From NCBI GenBank assembly GCA_002496425.1, contig DAJS01000002.1, forward strand, positions 16,836 through 56,142: a DNA stretch of 39,307 nucleotides. Reading direction: 5' to 3'. The stretch's first letter is position 1. Every line of letters starts with the position of its first letter. This document shows positions 37,011 through 39,307 of the stretch, in pieces. The position numbers were made by a program, and so were the translations under genes. Origin of the DNA: Acidilobaceae archaeon UBA162 (lineage in GTDB: Archaea; Thermoproteota; Thermoprotei_A; Sulfolobales; Acidilobaceae). The notes beneath the pieces are model-generated. The model saw only the letters and a list, made by a program, of their open reading frames with translations. It had not been told where the DNA came from and made no database searches.

Positions 37011-37168
37011 CGCGGCTCTCAGGGACAGATAGCCAAAAGGCCTTTACCCTACTCCTCACGCACCTGTTAGCCTCTTCACCAAGCTCCGCGGTTTGGTACC
37101 ACGCACATAGCGACCATCAAGATAAATGTCTTAAAATTCTCGTCACGCGCAACCGACTGGGAGGGCCT

Positions 37169-37597
37169 GTGAGCACGGAGCTGTTGGCCAGGGACCTCAT
37201 GAATGCGCCAGTGGTCACAGCGCTTCCCACAGCTACAGTGGCCGAGGCCGCGCAGCTGATGATTGACAGGGGCGTGGGGTCTCTGGTCATAGTTGACGAC
37301 AGGGGCTCGCTCCTCGGTATTGTGACTAAGACTGACATAGTCCGCGAGGTAGTGGTCCGTGGCCTCCCCAGGAGCACGCAGGTGGGAGCCATAATGACTA
37401 GAAACCCTTACTACGTAATGGACACGGCAACCGTGCGCGAAGCGGCTGAACTGATGGGTTCTAAGAATATAGGGCACCTGCCCGTGCTCGACAGCAGCTA
37501 CAGGCTCGTCGGCATGATATCGAGGCGTGACATACTTAGAATGTTTCCTCACCTGGTGACCGTCCTCTACATGATGGAGTCGCTGAGGAGGCCCTAG
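37169..37597 (+). CDS. Tandem CBS-domain protein
   Basis: ARDLM..PVVT, GSLVIVD..LLGIVTKTD, IGHLPVLD..LVGMISRRD. Confidence 0.92.
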   Translation: MSTELLARDLMNAPVVTALPTATVAEAAQLMIDRGVGSLVIVDDRGSLLGIVTKTDIVREVVVRGLPRSTQVGAIMTRNPYYVMDTATVREAAELMGSKNIGHLPVLDSSYRLVGMISRRDILRMFPHLVTVLYMMESLRRP

Positions 37598-38148
37598 CCT
37601 GGCGCCGCTGGGCCTTGAACAGCCCTTGTGCTACTGAACTCCTGCGCCATTAGCATCCTTGCCCTATCAGCCAGCTTCCTTATGTTGACCCAGTGTCCTC
37701 CCTCCCAGTATACGTGGCCGCAGCGAGCGCACATGTAGAACTTGTTGTGCTTGGCTAGTGCTCCTGGCGGAACCCTGCCCCTTACCAGGTTTTTATCGGT
37801 GACCAGGACTAACCTGCCGTTGCAGATAGGGCACCTGCTCCTGCTGGGGTCGACGTCCAGAGATATGAGGCCCCGCGATGCCAGCTGGGCCAGGACCCTG
37901 GCCACGTCGCCCTCCTCGACCAACAGTGACATAAGCCCCCTCTTGAGGGCCCTCGCGTTAAGCCCCCTGTCATTAGTCACTATCAGTCTCGAAGTCCTCT
38001 GTGCTATCGCCAGTATCTGAGCATCGTTGTAAGCCTTGGAGTACAGAGTGTCATAGCCCAGTATGCGTAGCCACTTGGCGACGTTGCCGAGCATGGCGTC
38101 AACTATGAACTTCGTCTCCCTGCCCTGTTGGTCTCCCTGCTGTGGCAT
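37594..38148 (-). CDS. Mut7-C RNase (PIN-like) domain protein with zinc ribbon
   Basis: FIVDAMLGNVAKWLRILGYDT, SRCPICNG, CARCGHVYWEGGH. Confidence 0.9.
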   Translation of the reverse strand: MPQQGDQQGRETKFIVDAMLGNVAKWLRILGYDTLYSKAYNDAQILAIAQRTSRLIVTNDRGLNARALKRGLMSLLVEEGDVARVLAQLASRGLISLDVDPSRSRCPICNGRLVLVTDKNLVRGRVPPGALAKHNKFYMCARCGHVYWEGGHWVNIRKLADRARMLMAQEFSSTRAVQGPAAPG

Positions 38149-38195
38149 TGGTACCTAAGCTCTAACATGCGAGGGGCCTAATAAGCTGCCCTTAG

Positions 38196-39149
38196 CTAAG
38201 GGCTGAGGCCCGTAGAGGCCCACTCAGCGAAGGCCCTGACTGCCTCCTCGAACGGGGTATAAGTGAAGCTTCTAAGCACTCTGCTGACGTACTTATAGTT
38301 GAGCCTTAGCATGCGGGCCATCATGTCAAGCCCTCTCCCCGACACCTTAGACGCCAGCCCCAGTAGCCAGCCCAGGCCGACCCTCCTGCACCTGCGGCCC
38401 CTCATCGAGCACAGGACCTGGGCCACGTCCCCTAGGTCCCTGTCCTCAGGCCAGTTGACTATCACCCACCTACCGTCAAGTTCACCCCTGGCAGCCATCG
38501 CCATAACCCTTGCCACGTCGAGCGAGTAGACCATGTTCCTTGAACCAAAGTAGGGGGCTAGGCCAAGCCCTACCATTCTGTAGACTATGGCCCACTGGAG
38601 CTCATAGCCCCATGGGCCGAATATCAGTGAGGGCCTCACTATAGCCCACCTGCCATTGAGGGCCTTGGAGCTCGAGACCAGCAGCCTCTCTCCCTCGGAC
38701 TTAGTCACCTCGTAGACCGTCGCCTGCCTAAACCTTGACCTATCCAGATGTTGCTCCTCTTCAGAGATGATAGAGCCCCTGGGCACGCCTATGGCCTCGC
38801 CCATTGAAGCCGTGGAGCTCGTGTAGATGACCCTTGAGCCTAGCTGTGACGCCGCCCCTATTACCTCGCGCAAAAGCTCAACGTGGGCCTGCCAGAAGGC
38901 CTCAGGAGGACCTATAACTACTCCAGCTATGTGGTGATATACGTCGCCGCCAAGTCTAGCCAGGGCCTCCATGTCAATACGCTCGACTACCCTTACATCC
39001 GCCCCGAGCCTGGTCAGCTCCCTGGCTATCCTTGGCCTCTTTCTGACTGAGCTTGGCCTGGCCACTACTACAACTTCGTCAGAATCAGCTAGCACCTGCG
39101 CGACGTTAACGCCGAGGAAGCCAACGCCTCCAACGAGCACGTGTTTCAA
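38196..39149 (-). CDS. NAD-dependent epimerase/dehydratase (extended SDR)
   Basis: GGVGFLG, YTSS, YEVTK (YxxxK), IVRPSLIFGP. Confidence 0.88.
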   Translation of the reverse strand: MKHVLVGGVGFLGVNVAQVLADSDEVVVVARPSSVRKRPRIARELTRLGADVRVVERIDMEALARLGGDVYHHIAGVVIGPPEAFWQAHVELLREVIGAASQLGSRVIYTSSTASMGEAIGVPRGSIISEEEQHLDRSRFRQATVYEVTKSEGERLLVSSSKALNGRWAIVRPSLIFGPWGYELQWAIVYRMVGLGLAPYFGSRNMVYSLDVARVMAMAARGELDGRWVIVNWPEDRDLGDVAQVLCSMRGRRCRRVGLGWLLGLASKVSGRGLDMMARMLRLNYKYVSRVLRSFTYTPFEEAVRAFAEWASTGLSP

Positions 39150-39307
39150 GCCTTATTCCAGGCTTTGCGATCAACTTGCGAGCCTTTAATAAGCTTTAAA
39201 ATAGTTAGTTTACAAGCCAACACCTGACAGTAGTGTTGTCTCATGTTATGCTTTCTGAGATAGAGGTATTAATGTTAGCGCGATACCTTTAGGCAGTGAG
39301 TGGAAAC

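Noticed and set aside
36544-37032. 162-aa ORF as a real gene
   Set aside because: Chimera of ssb antisense sequence and the frameshifted tnpB remnant
107-39189. Numerous antisense or alternate-frame ORFs (e.g. 3124..3678, 27631..28245, 30938..31510)
   Set aside because: Shadows of well-supported genes; Ser/Leu-rich composition expected from reverse-strand codon bias
39190-39307. AT-rich end with GAGTGGAAAC as an origin (ORB) box or CRISPR leader/repeat
   Set aside because: Single partial match truncated at the window edge; no repetition and no cdc6 or cas gene in view

Overview
A gene-dense, mostly core-genome segment of a GC-rich crenarchaeon. Gene content (CdvB/CdvC, crenarchaeal SSB, herA-nurA-rad50-mre11, many TTG starts) suggests Acidilobales/Desulfurococcales; this is inference, not a database result. 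In order: single-Cys peroxiredoxin, Mrp/ApbC, rpl23-rpl4-rpl3, rtcB, tRNA-His(GUG), a sugar ABC binding protein plus two permeases (no ATPase), a divergent ilvC, tRNA-Asp(GUC), Clp1-like kinase, a secreted protein, family-4 UDG, Zn-ADH, PAP2, pyrF-E-B-I-C, a beta-hydroxyacid dehydrogenase, ridA, a DUF357-RibL-like fusion, spt5, secE (missed by the ORF track), AMMECR1, a Zn-ribbon protein, endonuclease V, proteasome beta, cdvB-cdvC, a methyltransferase, the HerA/NurA/Rad50/Mre11 operon, hexulose-6-phosphate synthase, a CxxC protein, an MBL hydrolase, SSB, a decayed IS200/IS605 tnpB remnant, a CBS protein, a Mut7-C RNase and an epimerase. No CRISPR array, intact mobile element or clearly new multi-gene system is visible. 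Best leads: (1) cdvBC lacks cdvA and sits head-to-head with a proteasome beta gene, with an aCcr1-box-like palindrome in the shared promoter; (2) a K-turn hairpin RNA lies directly upstream of tRNA-His; (3) the UDG N-terminus needed for its Fe-S cluster has no canonical start codon (probable ACG start); (4) a 12-bp inverted repeat brackets the mre11/hps divergent promoter.
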